From assembly GCA_964106915.2 (NCBI GenBank), contig OZ066929.1: a stretch of DNA of 64,000 nucleotides, one strand, 5' to 3'. Positions within the stretch are counted from its first letter, which is position 1. Each line of letters begins with the position of its first letter. The notes below the pieces were generated by a model, which saw nothing but the letters and a program-made list of their open reading frames with translations, was not told the DNA's origin and made no database searches. The stretch is from Podarcis gaigeae (lineage: Eukaryota). Both the position numbers and the translations under genes were made by a program. Positions 12,601 through 25,580 of the stretch are shown here, one piece after another.

Positions 12601-15600
12601 ATGCTCACAAACATCAGGAGAGGCTTGGAGCAGCAGCTGGATCAGGCCCTCTTACCCAGCATCCTGTTCTCACAGTGGCCAAGCAGATGCCCCGTGGGGC
12701 ATGGGGAACCGGAGGCAACAGCCACTGTGTTCTTCCCACTTGGAATTCCAAGCCAATTTTCACAAATGATGTTTTGGGGGGAAATCAGAATATTGTGCCT
12801 TTATTGTCACCCATCCTGATTACCCTGTCATGAAGGGCGGGGTGCAGATCTTTTAAGACATAAATTAATAAAACCAATGTATCGTGATTTAGTTATTCAC
12901 TTAAAAAAATCAAACTGTAGCATTTCCACATTAAGCAGAGCAACCTGCTACTGGCCCTAGAATTCAACACCCTAAACCTCTTGGTTCCTTCTTTCAAAGA
13001 AAAAATAGGCTCCTAGTCCTGATGATTACTGATAAACTGGGGTGCATGTGGGGAACACTGAGGGAAGGAATGGATTCAGAAGCCAGAGAGGGAAGGGGGA
13101 GGATCCTGAGTGGCTGTGGCTACAGAAGGGAGGGATTCTGTGATCTACAGAGTACTCCCCACAGGTTGATGCAGAGAAGAAACGAGCAAATATAAGCCAA
13201 CAACCAGGGCACAAAAATGGGACAGTTTCTCAGTTTACACACACAACCACAACACAACCACAACGCAAGTGGCTGCAAATGCCTGCACAGCCCTTGGAGC
13301 TGAGGGCCTCTGCAGAATGGGATCCTGCCTGGTCCTCTCCTGGGTCAAGGGAGCCTGGCACCCTCCTGCCATGCCCAGCGGCCCACTTCTCCAGCCAACC
13401 AGCTCCCCAGTAGTCACAGCAACCTGCCTTCTCTCCTCACTTTTAAAATTAAGACGCTGAGCCTCTTTTCTCTTTTTTTGGCCTTTGCGTGCCTGGAAAC
13501 TCTCGCTTCACCTCACCCCGGCCTCCTTGTGGGTGGCAGCGAAAGGTCAAGTGGGGCCGGAAGGAAGGGGAAGGGGGCAGGCTCCACGCAAGGCTGCCCT
13601 GAAGAGGGCTGCAGGGAGCAAGGAGCTCAGCCCCAGCAGGGAGCAGGAGCGGCACTCGGTGGGACAGTTTCCCCAAAAGCCTGTTTCGCTCCCGAAACGC
13701 AGAGCGCCAGGGAGGAGGGGTGGGTGCAGCTGGTGGCTGGGAGGCGGAAGGGGCCGGGGGTGAGCCAGGCGCTGCGTGCCGAGAGTCACGTCCCCAAGCC
13801 CGCGGGGGCCGGGCATGTGGTTTCCGCGTCTAACCAGCCCAACTGCAGCCTGGCACCCGCGGCTTCCTCCTCGGAGAACTTCTCTCTCCGTTAGAGGAAA
13901 GAGACCAAACCTCAGGGCTCGAAACAAATACGGGTCGGGCGCAAAAATAAAAGCTGAGGGGTGGTTTTGGTGACCGGGTCAAAGGAGCTCGAGGAGGAAG
14001 AGGGGGAGAGAGAGAGATGAAACACACACAGCAGCACTCTGGGTTGCCAGTCACGGCACCAGCGAAGGAGGCTGGGGGGAGCAGAGCCTCTCTCTCTCTC
14101 TCTCTCGCCTGGGAACCTGCTTCGCAAACAGAAAGGAGGGGGGAACCCCCAGCGCTCGCTGAGTCAACCTCCAGGGCTTTCAGCAACTGCTCTCTGCAGG
14201 CCTGGCACAGCAGGCCAAAAGCACAGTGCTGTCCCTGCCAGCAGGGCACCCACATGGTGACCCCGAGTCAGTGGGATCCCAGGAACGCGCAAGTCCAGGC
14301 AGGTGGGGTGAAGGGGAGTCCCCCCCCCCAGGTCGGGCTCCAGTGCTATGAAGAAAGAGCTGTTCGAGTGTGGAAGGGACTCCCCTTGGGAGGCGTTTGA
14401 CTCTCCTTGCTTGGTGGTTTTTAAGCAGAGCTTTGCTGGCCATCTGTCAGGGATTTTTTAGCTGAGATTCCTGCATTGCTGGGGGCTGGACAAGATGGCC
14501 CCAAATGGTACTTTCCTACACTACAATTCTACTGTTCTATGAAAGCCAGGCACCCCAGGGAACCTCCATGAGCCCAACGGGCGACAGGCTTAAAGTGACA
14601 GTTGAGCACTGACTCCTGTGTGACACTGATGGGCCGGGAGGAGGCAGCTGCGCTCTGCCATTGGCAGAAGAAGGGCTGGAGGTCAGGGGCAGAGAGCACC
14701 TGCTGGGCATGCAGAAGGTCCCCGGCTCAATCCTTGGCAGCATCTCCAAGAAAGGCTGGGAAATGCCTGAAACCCTGCTGCCAGTCCGCGTAGGTGACAC
14801 TGAGCTAGTTTGACTTGGAATAGGAGCCACTAATCCATCTTCTTGCCCAGCTCAGCCAACGTGCCTCCCGTGACCCTCTGCTTGCCTCCTTCCTGCCAAC
14901 CTGCCCCTTTGCTTCTGCCCAGATGCTTCCTTGGAATAGGGCAACATATTGGCAAGGCCCCGGATCTCTCAGGCCAAAGCACCCACAGCAAAGCAGCCCA
15001 CCCACCCAGCACCCAAAGTGCCAGCGCAGCCCATTGCTCAATTAACACTGTCGTTCCAAAGGCTGGAAGGGCCAAGGTACTCCCCACCAAAAAACCACCC
15101 TCCATCCATCCCTGCAAGTTCTTTCCTCATTCTTTATTTCATTTATATTTACATCCCACCTTCTTTCCTCCAAGGAGCTCCAGGTGGTCCTACAGGTCTC
15201 CTTCCCACCTCCCACTTTCTTCACTTAACAATCCTGTGAGGTCAGACTGAAACTGAGTGACTGTCTTCCAAGGTCACCTAGTGAGCTTCATGACAGAGGG
15301 CTGATTTGAACCCGGGTCTCTCCCAGGTCCTGGTCCAACACTGCTGTTGTTATTATTGGTACTGAATTGTATGTTAAATGCTTCTCTGTGCTGTGAGCCA
15401 CGTAAAACATTTATCGGGAAGAAACACCTTTAGCAAAGGAAGTTATTCTGAGCTGGTGGGGGGGCGGGTCGGAATAAGAGTGCCTGAAGGCCGTACGTGT
15501 CCCAGTCGACTGGGGTTGGCCTAATCCTGCAGTCAGTCTGCCTCCTCTGCACCTTGGAGCCCCTCCTGCCCCAGCGGGGACCAGAGCACCCGCGTGACTT

Positions 15601-16201
15601 GGGGCATGTGAGAGCGGAGGCAAGGCCTTGTCCCCACGTGCTACGCAAGACATTCTCCCAAGGCAGCTTGGGACGGGGGTGGGTGGGAAGGCAGAAGTGG
15701 CCAGGAACACCCCTGCCACAGACAGACCCGCCTCTGCATTCTGCTGGCTCCAGTTCCCCTGTGAGCAGCACAGGGCAGAGCATCTCAGCGGAAGAGGGTT
15801 GCCCCCCCCCCAACATGTCAGCCTGTCCTGCATAGCAAGAAGAGCAGCGCCATCCAGTGGCCAGAGGGAGCCCAGCAACAGAAGCTCCTCTTGGCCGACT
15901 TGTACACGTATGTATACACACTCATCTACCCATCCTGGGAAGTCGTGTGGTGCAGCGGTGAGAGTGCCAGAGAACGAGGGCCTGGGAAAGACCAGGGTTC
16001 AAGTCCCCACTCAGCCACAAAGCTCAGCCCGAGTCCCTCAGGCTAACCCACTTTATGGGGTTGTTGCGGGGATTAAACGAGGAGGGCGGGGAATCCTGGG
16101 AGGAAAAGTCGAGGCATAAGTGAAATAACCAAACCAATTCCACAAGGGGCAACAATCTTTCATGATGCTACACGGATTTCAGCCACACGGACGGTACTCA
16201 C

Positions 16202-16396
16202 ATCGCTGGGGCTGAGGCTGCCAAGGCCGTTGTCCTGCTCCGAGTCCCGCCCAGACTCGTGCCCCTGGCTGGCGTGGGGGTGCGAGGGGTGGATCCAGAG
16301 CTCCAGGCGGGTGGCATCGTCCCCAGAAGGCCGGAAGGCCGACTTCTTGCCTTTACTCTGCCGGCTGGGGCTCTTCTTCTGCTCCACCTGCTCCAC
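16202..16396 (-). CDS. SMG6: SMG6 exon 8
   Basis: VEQVEQKK...GDDATRLELWIHPSH...DSEQDNGLGSLSPSD; donor GAT|GTGAGT. Confidence 0.92.
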
Positions 16397-16500
16397 CTGC
16401 ACAGTGAGGGAGAGGCGCCGTGGTCAGGGTGGGTGCTCCTGGGCAGAGAGGGAGGCTGGGGGCGAGGAAAGGGGTCCGCAGCCCTCACCCCACCCCTTAC

Positions 16501-16611
16501 CTTCCGCTTGGTCTCCTCGAAGAGGCTCATGAGGCTCTCCTTGGCAGTGAGGATGGGGTTGCTGGCCGCAAGGCTCCGCATGTAGTAGTAGACTGCATCC
16601 AACTTCCTCCT
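16501..16611 (-). CDS. SMG6: SMG6 exon 7
   Basis: RRKLDAVYYYMRSLAASNPILTAKESLMSLFEETKRK; canonical sites, 111 nt. Confidence 0.95.
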
Positions 16612-17137
16612 CTGCAGAGACAACAACAGGAAGATCCCCTTACAAGACAGAACCCTACAGAGGAACGACTGGGGGGATCCAAAGGGAACACCCTCCTTCT
16701 TGCTGAGAAAGGGGAGGTGGCAATGGAAGGAGAGGGGCAGATGAAGCTTCTAGGACTGCAACAAACACAAGCCCCACAGGATTAAGCTCTTTGCCAGGGG
16801 CAAAACTCAAAGAACATAAGAAGTGCCTGTTGGATCAAGCCAATGGCCCAGCATCCTGTTCTCACAGGGGCCTGCAGGGAACCAGGAGGCAGGATCCTCT
16901 CCTGTAATCTCCAGCAAGTGGGATCCGGAAGCATTGCTGCCTCTGACCATGGAGGCAGAGCAGAGCCATTGTAGCTAGTGAGCGGCTTTACATTGAGAGT
17001 TTTACTGCTATTTCTTTTAGACACAATGGTCTGTATTTACAATTCTGAGTTATCACAAGATGGCCAATGACTGGTCATTTTCCTATGCCTTAGTTACCGT
17101 ACGTCTGTGGTAGGTGGAGCTTCATGCTCTTTTGGTG

Positions 17138-17546
17138 AATAATAATAATTTCTTATTTATACCACATCCATCTGGCTGGGCTTCCCCAGCCACTCTGGGC
17201 GGCTTCCAACAGAACACTAAAATACAATAACCTATTAAACATTAAAAGCTTCCCTAAACAGGGCTGCCTTCAGATGTCTTCTAAATGTCAGGTAGTTGTT
17301 TTTTTCTTTGACATCGGGTGGGAGGGCATTCCACAGGGCAGGTGCCACTACTGAGAAGGCCCTCTGCCTGGTTCCCTGTAACTTCATTTCTCGCAGGGAG
17401 GGAACCGCCAGAATGCCCTCAGAGCAGGACCTCAGTGTCCGGGCTGAACGATGGGGGTGGAGACGCTCCTTCAGATATACTGGACCGAGGCCGTTTAGGG
17501 CTTTCAAGGTCAGCACCAACACTTTGAATTGTGCTCGGAAATGTAC
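17138..17546 (-). mobile_element. L2-clade LINE 3' fragment (same family as 36040)
   Basis: FRAQFKVLVLTLKALNGLGPVYLKERL...RAFSVVAPALWNALP; short 3' ends also near 9540-9675, 11370-11490, 27960-28050, 29525-29675, 38870-38990. Confidence 0.8.
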
Positions 17547-19123
17547 TATATTAATATTATATAGTAATATTTTATGCCAGAAATGATTTTGTAAGGATGT
17601 GTAAAAAATATTTTTCATGTGATATTCTTTAGTGAATTTCATTGTGTTATTATCTTCCTTAGTGGGTTGTGCAAATTCTGAATAATGCTTTTTATAGGGT
17701 AGGGGTTCCTGAGAATGAGTTTTAAAATCAAGGGCTTGGGGCCCTGAAAAAGTTTGGGAACCACGGCTCTAGACTCTCTTGCAAAGAAACTCCTGCTAGC
17801 TCAGAGAATGGAGAGTAGTCTCTCCCAACCTTGAAACCCTAACAAGTTTTTGGACTACAACGCCCATCAGTCCCATCCAATGCTGATGGGGGTTGTAGTC
17901 CAAAACATCAGGAGGGATGCCAGGTTGGGGGAGACCGACACAGAGTGTTTCTGTTTTCCAGTGGTGCTACTAAGGACCTCAATCAGAAATGAAGTGGCTC
18001 CCAATAAATGGCACATATATTCCTGGGCACCTTGTTCCAACACCCCTTACGCTGATCGGGGGGGGGGGGGAGCAGGAAGCCCCGTTTCTGATAAAGTCAC
18101 ACAGATGTGACTCAGCCACATCTAGGGCTGCATCCTTTAGAGCAAAGGAAGTTGCTTTATACAGAGTCAGACCACTGAGTCTGCTTAGCTCACTGCTGTA
18201 TACGCTGACTGGCAGCCGTGGCTCTCTAAGGTCTCAGGCAGGGAGTCCTTCCCAGTCTTTGAACCTGGGACATTCTGCACACAAACCTGGCACCTTGGCT
18301 ACCCAGCAGCTGGTCTAGATGGTTTAATTAATTTAATAACAATTAGATACTCCTTGCTTTAAAAAAACCAAAGGATTTATTAAAAAAGGGGGGAAACAAA
18401 AAACTTATCAACAAGAAAAAAATAGTAACAGTAATTTAAGACTTTTTGAAAAGCTAAAATAATGACAGACTAAAACCACATGAAAACTCATGCCAACTTA
18501 AATTTCTAAAATCAGTTTAATCATTGGTTAGCCTTCCACCAGAACAAGGACACGCCTTCCTAGCACCATGGTCTATCTACACGATGTACGATTTGTCCAG
18601 GATAACCCCCACCCAGCGAATTTATGCCCACAGTCGTGGAGCTTCCTCATGCCAAGGCACTTGCAATGGGTTTTGAGAACAGAGGCCTGAAAATAAACGA
18701 GGGGTTTCGTCCTGAAGGGGGACCTGCAGCTCCCTCAGATATTTGGACTAGAAGCTGTGCTGCATGGTCACACTGCAGGAATAAAAAGCTAGCAAACTCT
18801 GTACACCTAATGAACCTTATTGACAGATGTTTGAGGAATTATCCATTTCAGTCAGTAAGTGAAAAAAGAAGTGATGCCCACATTTTCATAAACGCTTATA
18901 AAGTCTACTAGTAATTATTTTTGACAGCTGAATTAATTCGTCTAACAAAATATTAGCGATTTGGGAAATAGCTGCCATGCATCTGAAACACTGGCAAAAT
19001 AATTAAGAAATGTAAGCATTTTTCACGAGTGAAGCGAGCCGATGCCTCTCCTGGTGCCGTGAGGCTCACAACCCTCCTGTGCCTGGACCACCCCGGCTCC
19101 CTCCCTGCCTGCATCTCTCTTAC

Positions 19124-19202
19124 CGTGTAGACAGCCAAGAGGGCCAGCTGGTTGTACGGGCGTCCGTTCTTGGGGGCAATGTGCTGGGCCTTCAAGTACC
19201 AG
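19124..19202 (-). CDS. SMG6: SMG6 exon 6
   Basis: WYLKAQHIAPKNGRPYNQLALLAVYT; canonical sites, 79 nt. Confidence 0.95.
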
Positions 19203-19921
19203 CTGGGGAGGCAAGAGAGCAGAGTGACTGACAGGCTAGGCTGCATTGGGGCAGGAGACCCTGGAGTGGAGAGGCTGCCACTGGCAGAGTCCTCTCCTAG
19301 GTCCTGCCAGTGGCTGTGGCAGAGATGGGGACACCGTGACCCTGGGGAGCTGGAATTCCAGCCATATCTGGTGTGGCCACACACATCCCATGCAAAGAAG
19401 TTCCCCAAGAACCCCTCTGGGATGCTATGGTTCTCTCTCCTCTCAAAACCGACGTTTGTTATCCAGCCTTATCCCCTTCCCCACCACTGGCACAAAGTCC
19501 CAAAAGTATGTTGTAACTGCACCTGCTCACATCAACCCTTTTGCCCCTTCCCTTCCATCTACTCAACTTTCTCAACGCTTAGACTGCAGGCTCCTGGAAG
19601 GAGAGAGGGAGTGGCCCCTCAGGACGGTTTCAGGCAGGGGAACAACCCCAGCCCTGCCTGGAGATTGAACCTGGGACCTTCTGCATGCCAAGCAAGTGTT
19701 CTGCAGCTGAGCTACAGCCCTTTCCTGCCTTGTACTGAGTCGGACCAGCTGAATATTGTCCACACCGACTCTCCAGGTTCTCTGATTAGGAACAGTCGCA
19801 GGCCGACCTGAACCTGGGGCTTTCTGGACACAAAGCAGGAGCTCTATCCCTTGAAGCGACACAGTCCCTTCCCCTCCAGAGGGGCCTCCAGGACTTCCTC
19901 CCTCCCTCCCTCCCTCCCTAC

Positions 19922-20028
19922 CTGCGTGCCTTCCCGTAGTTGGCCGTGTCGCTGCTTTGCTCTCGGTATCTGCAGATGTCTCCTTGGCAGATCAGGCTCC
20001 TCTGGGCGCTGATGAGGGCGTATTTAAC
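19922..20028 (-). CDS. SMG6: SMG6 exon 5
   Basis: VKYALISAQRSLICQGDICRYREQSSDTANYGKAR; canonical sites, 107 nt. Confidence 0.95.
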
Positions 20029-20541
20029 CTGGGGGAGAAGAAACAAGCCCATCAGTTGCAGGAAGGAGGGAGGGAGAGCTGGGGAGAGGCCTCTGCCGGA
20101 ATCCAAAAACTCTTCCCTCGTATTTTAGATGGAGGCTGTGAGTGGCAAGTCTAGTGTTCCAAAGGATATTTGCAAACCACACATACAGTTGTTTAAAAAA
20201 TGAAGCCAATCTCCTCTTTGCAGGTCTCAGCTGTGACATTGTTCCCTTGCAAGATTGAGCACCTGCCCCTTGCCGAGTGATGGGGAAAGGCAGGACTGCC
20301 CCCCCCCCCAGCTCCAGCATCCTAGTTCGTTTTTGACAAGGGCAAAAGGAGATTTGATCTCCAGCTTAAAATGGAGACACGGCCAGGCTTCAGCACACCT
20401 GCTTCCTCCACCAGGGAAAAGCGCTGAGCTCCCCTCTGCCCAAAGAAGAGGTCTCCTTTACCATCCGTCTTCCAGGGACCCCCAGAGGGCCTGATCAACA
20501 AAGCTTCCCCCTGACAGAGCCAGGCCCTAGCCAAGACTCAC

Positions 20542-20652
20542 CACCTTCCGCAGGGGCTTGCTGCGCACAGCCATGCCGTCCATGTAGTCCTCCAGCTTGA
20601 ACTGGTACGTCGCTTGCAGCTTCTGCAGCAAACTGTCGAAGAAATCGCTGCC
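20542..20652 (-). CDS. SMG6: SMG6 exon 4
   Basis: GSDFFDSLLQKLQATYQFKLEDYMDGMAVRSKPLRKV; AG/GTGAGT, 111 nt. Confidence 0.95.
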
Positions 20653-21964
20653 CTGAGACCCAGGAGAGAGAAAGTGAAAAGGGATGGGAGAGAGTGTGAG
20701 TGAGTGGATGTGGAAGGAGTACTTGAAGAACACATGCCCCGGATTCAGAATCTTCTGATGGAATAACAGCACCCATAAGAAGAGCCCTGCTGGAGTTGAC
20801 CCAAAGCCTGTCCAGCTCAGCATCCAAGGCATCTGTGCTTCCCGCATTGCAGGGGGCTGGACTAGATGACCCTTGGGTTCCTTTCCAACTCTATTAGTCT
20901 ACAATTTTACCTCCAGTTCAGAGCAATCCTGACCGCCACCAGTAATAGACTTGGGGGGAAGAAAAAAAAAGACTTGGGGACAAGCTGGTTCACTAACCAA
21001 CTCCTGGGATTCCACCACGGTCCTTCTGGCTGCCCACAAACAAGAGTGCAGCCTTGGAATCACCCAACACAGGCTGTTTATGCCATAAAGTGGGAAGGGA
21101 TCCAGAGCCTTTGTGCGATCAGCACTCGTCAGTGGGCCACAGGAGGCTTTGTGAACAGCTTGGAGCTGAAGTCATCAGAATGCCAGAAATCCATGCAGCT
21201 GGATCTGGTGAAAGGGGGCCCAGCTCGTCCAGCATCCTATTCAGAGCAGACAAGCAAATGCCCCCAAAGCAAAGTCCACCAGCAGAACTCCCTGCCCTTG
21301 AGCCCCTGCAACTGGATTCAGAAACATACTGCCTCCAACAGCAGAGGGAGAAGGAAGACTTAGCCAACCCTGTGATTTTGTCTCATTTTATTTTTTAAAA
21401 AAGCCATCAGTACAAATGTAATAGGAGCCCTACAGCAGCCGGGTTGGGCCAAAGGGGCCCCATCTAGTCCAGCCTCCTGTTCTCACAGTGGCCAATCAGA
21501 CGCCCCAAAGGGAAGCAGGAGCTGAGGGCAACAGCTGAGCTCTCCCCGCTTGTGGTTTCCCAGGAGCTGGTTTTGAGAGGCAGGTTGCTGGTGACAGTGC
21601 AGAGGTGCATCAGGAGGTTCTGCTTGGGCTACAGCAGCCTGGCCTAGCCTGTTGGCCTCCCGACAGTTTGGGCTCCGATGTCTATGCTGGCTGGGGCTGA
21701 TGGGAGTTGTAGTCCAAAATATCCAGAGAGGGGTGCCCGGTTGGGTAAGGCTAGACTGCAAAACATTTCTGACTTTACACACTATTTGCTACGTGTTGGG
21801 GGAGAGACACAGCTTTTTCTTCCTTACATAATGGGGTCATCATGCTTTTCATTTCCATGTGTTTTTAAAACCACCATATTTGGGGTCAGGCGTATACCCC
21901 GACCCTTGGGACAGTGCCCTCCCCCTGGCGCCAGGCCACAGGGCTCAGCCTCAGGCGTCCTTAC

Positions 21965-22157
21965 CTCGTCCAGGATCTGGAGCAGCTTGGTGCGGATCTC
22001 CTGGGCGTTCTCCCCAAGGGGATCCTTGAGCAGCTGCCGGAACTTCTCGATCACCTGGTAGAAGGCGTTCTTCCACAGTAGCTGGTCCACGTTCTGGGCG
22101 TCAGCAAACTCGATGTCAGTCAGCAGGCAGCGCTTGTACAGCTGCAGCATCTCCACC
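21965..22157 (-). CDS. SMG6: SMG6 exon 3
   Basis: VEMLQLYKRCLLTDIEFADAQNVDQLLWKNAFYQVIEKFRQ; canonical splice sites, 193 nt, phase fits. Confidence 0.95.
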
Positions 22158-23453
22158 CTGGAAAGGGGCACAGCTAAGCCCAGGGGCTTCTGCCTCAAAC
22201 ACTCCCCCCCCCTTACAGTTCACCTCTTCCACAGGACTCTACTCAGACCCACAATGGTACTTGGGGCAAATGTAAGAGGAGCTCGGTAGCTGAGTTGGAC
22301 CAAAGAGTCGCCCGAGTTCAGCACGCCATTTCCCCCAAAATGGCCAACCAGAGGCCTCTTCTGGGAAGTCCATTAATAGCACAACCCCAACTGTTGTGAC
22401 TCCCCAAGCAAAAGCAGAGATTCCACAGACAGGACTTCTCGTCTTCCACTAACCAGCTTAACCCCCTTTTAAAGCCTCCTTGGACATCTTCTGACAATGA
22501 ACCACATTAATTAGCAATGTCCTGTTTTGGAGTATAGGCATTATTCGCCTAGGCTTCTGGTTTTTAACTGGGAGGGCAGCTGGATACGTCCAAAACCTTT
22601 AAGAAGAGAGAATAGGACTTGTTCCTTTAAAATGGATGTTTGGACCAGTATTTTAGGTTTCATTTACTGTTGCTTTTCTATCTGATCTTAATTTCTTTAT
22701 TTTTGTTGCGTAACTCACTTTAAGACACGCAAATGCAAAATGCAACTAATGAATACAAAAACAATAATGACCTGCAAAAAGGCCTTCCTTTCACTCCTTT
22801 TATGTTCTCTTAAGGATTTGACAAATGAATGGAGGGTAAGGCTACCAATGGCTACTAGCCGCCTTGACTATGTTACACCTCCACTGCCAGAGGCAGCATT
22901 ATTGATTTGTATTCTGCCTTTTTCTCCACGGCGTTCAGGGTGGCCTACATGGTTCTCCTGCTCCTCATTTAATCCTCACAACAACCCTGTGAGGCAGGTT
23001 AGGCTGGGAGGCAATGACTCACAAGGTGACTCAGCCAGCGAGCTTCATGACTAAGAGGGGATTTGAACCCTGTTCTCCCAGGTCCTAGTCCAAGGCCACA
23101 CTGCCTCTTTACTAAGCGCCTGGAGGCCAGTTGCTGGGAATCTTAAATGGGGAGAAAGCTGCTTTTATGCTATGGTCCTGCTTGCTTTTGGCCTTCTCCT
23201 GGTGGCATCTGGGTGCCACTGTGAGGAGAGGGTGGTGGACACAATGGACCCCTTTTGGCATGATGCAGCAGCTAGGCCGTATCCTTATGGCCAAAGTTAA
23301 AGAGCACCCACTGTGGTTTCCCCTGCAAGCTGCCTGGCTCTTAGAGCAGCAGGTGAAAGCAGCTGTGATGCCAAGACCCCTCCCCCAACCCACCTCTGGC
23401 CAACCAGCTCCCGCCCTCTCTGCCAGCACCCACCCTTGTCCAAGCCCTCGCAC

Positions 23454-25164
23454 CTGAGCTGCCCCATCTTCTCCAGGCCCTCAGGGCTGAGCCGGTCCCG
23501 GGACAGGAGGTTGCTCAGCTGCTGCTCCAAGTTGCTGGCTTCACGGAGGATCTTGCTGAGATCCTGCTGCTGCAGGCTGCGCACCTGCTGCTCCATCTCG
23601 GGGCTGAGGGGCCCAGCCAGGAGGGGGCTGCACAGGTAGGGCTCAGCCTGCCCAGGGTAGCCTGGCGGGTAATAGGTGCCCGGGTAAACCCCGTTAATGG
23701 CACCGACCTGATAGGGCAGGGAGTACCCGGCGTAGGGGTAGGAGGGGGCTTGGCCTGCCGCCCGCCCGTAGTAGTAGGGGTTGTCCGAGTTCTGGAAGCG
23801 GTAGTAGGAGGCCTGGGCCTGGCGGGTGTCCCCCCGAGGCGGAGGGGCCGCCTCATCGTCCGTGTCGAGGAAGTGCAGCTGGGAAGCCTGGCTCTTCAGG
23901 GCTGGCTTCTGCTCGGGGTTGTTGGGGTCCCACAGCCGGCGGGCGGTGCCCCCTCTGCCCCTCCCCCTGGTCCCCTTGCCCAGGCCGCCGCTGAAGAGGA
24001 GCCGCGGCCCTGAGTGGGGGGCTTCGGGGGAGCCGGCACCACTGGCGGTGAGGTCCGTGTTGGCCGGGAGGACCAGGATGCCGCGGCCCCTGCCCTGGGG
24101 CTCCCGGCTGGAAGACCCCTTCCCGACTTCGGCGGCCTCCGTGGAATCGCTCAGGCTGGCCTCGGAGGGCTTCCGCTTGCGCCACTCTGCCTCGGAGGGC
24201 TCCCCCCGCCCGCTGCCCCTGCCGCACGCTGGGGCTCCCTTGGCCTCCCGCCCGCCGGTGCCCCGGGAGAGCCAGCTGTGCTCCAGGCGCCTCTTGGCTG
24301 CCTCTGAGTCCCTGCTGGAGCCACGGGCTGCCTCGGCCTCCTCCTCTTCCGCCTTGTCTTCATCCAGCGAGTCCGTTGAGGAAGCGGAGAGCTGCTTCCG
24401 GGGACGGGGCCTCTCCTTGGGTGGCTCCTGGCGCTTCCGTCCGGCCTCTGCCTCCCCGCGGGCCCCGTCAGTGCTGTTGTTGCTCCCAGCCGAGCTGGTG
24501 CTGCAGGTGCGGTAGCGGTTCCGCCGCTTGTCCGAGCGCGAGTAGCGCTTTGGGGTGCTCTGGGCCTTGCTCTGGGCAGCTGCCTCCTCACCTCCTTTCC
24601 GGACCCGCTCAGCCCGCCTGCCCTTCTCCCCGCCACGGAGGAGCTTGGCCCCCTCCTGGCTCAGGCCCCCTTCCAGCCCCTCAGGGGCCGCTGGCTTCCT
24701 GTAGCCCTTCCCAGCGTCCCTTTCGGGCTCTTCACCCCGCTCCCCCTTTGCGGGGGGTTCCTCGGCCGCCAGCTGGGGGGCAGCGGGCTCCTTGGAGGGG
24801 ACCTGCAGGCGCCTCCCTGGCTGGTAGATCTGCTGGTCAGGCTTCTTGGCTCGCCGGATGATACGAGGACACCAGTCCTCAGGGGAGGCCCCCGGATCTT
24901 GTGGGGCCCCTGCCACGGCAGTGCCTTCCAAGAGGCCGTTGGGCTGCTGCTGGCTGCTTCCTCTGGGAGGGTCCTGAGGGGCCGGGGGCTCTTCCTTGCT
25001 GGGAGCAAGGGGAGCTCCTCTGTCGCCAGCCAGGGCGCCTCCTTTGGCCTCCTCCTGCTTGGCTGAGAAGCTGAGCTTGTTCCGCAGTCGGGAGAGGCCT
25101 GGCTTGTAGATCTCGAGGTCAGGGCGCCGATTGTCCTTGCGGTGGCGAGGCTCCTTTGTGGTCT
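23454..25164 (-). CDS. SMG6: SMG6 exon 2 (large disordered N-terminal exon with two EJC-binding motifs)
   Basis: Within ORF 23297..25240; acceptor ttctctgcag|, donor CAG|GTGCGA; motifs RRPDLEIYKPG, KKPDQQIYQPG, RRLWDPNNP, LHFLDTDDE. Confidence 0.96.
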
Positions 25165-25444
25165 CTGCAGAGAAGGAAAAACACAAGGAGGTGGTCAGCC
25201 TCGGAGGAGAAGCAGCAGCATCGGGGGAAATCAGAGACATGGTTGTGGGCTTTGCCTAGGGAGCAAGAGAGCCAAAGAGGCAGGGCAAATAATGAGCTGT
25301 GACCAACACATAGCAGGACCAGCACAGGGCCAAGAGGAAGGTGTCTGACTGAGCAGACCTGGTGCCAATTCACTTCCCTTCAGAATCAAATCGCTGCTCC
25401 ACCCAACTCAGTACTGCTAACACATACTGGAAGAGCCTCTAGAG

Positions 25445-25580
25445 CAGTGATGGCCAAACCTGGCCCTCCAGCTGTTTTGGGACTACAATTCCCATCATCC
25501 CTGACCACTGGTCCTGTTAGCTAGGGATGATGGGAGTTGCAGTCCAAAAACAGCTAGAGGGCCAAGTTTGGCCATCATTG
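25445..25580. mobile_element. palindromic hAT MITE
   Basis: CAGTGATGGCCAAAC ... GTTTGGCCATCATTG; 8-bp TSD CTCTAGAG at 25437-25444 and 25581-25588. Confidence 0.88.

Noticed and set aside
23313-24861. Several long plus-strand and alternate-frame ORFs overlapping SMG6 exon 2
   Set aside because: GC-rich shadows of the real coding exon; low complexity, no recognisable homology
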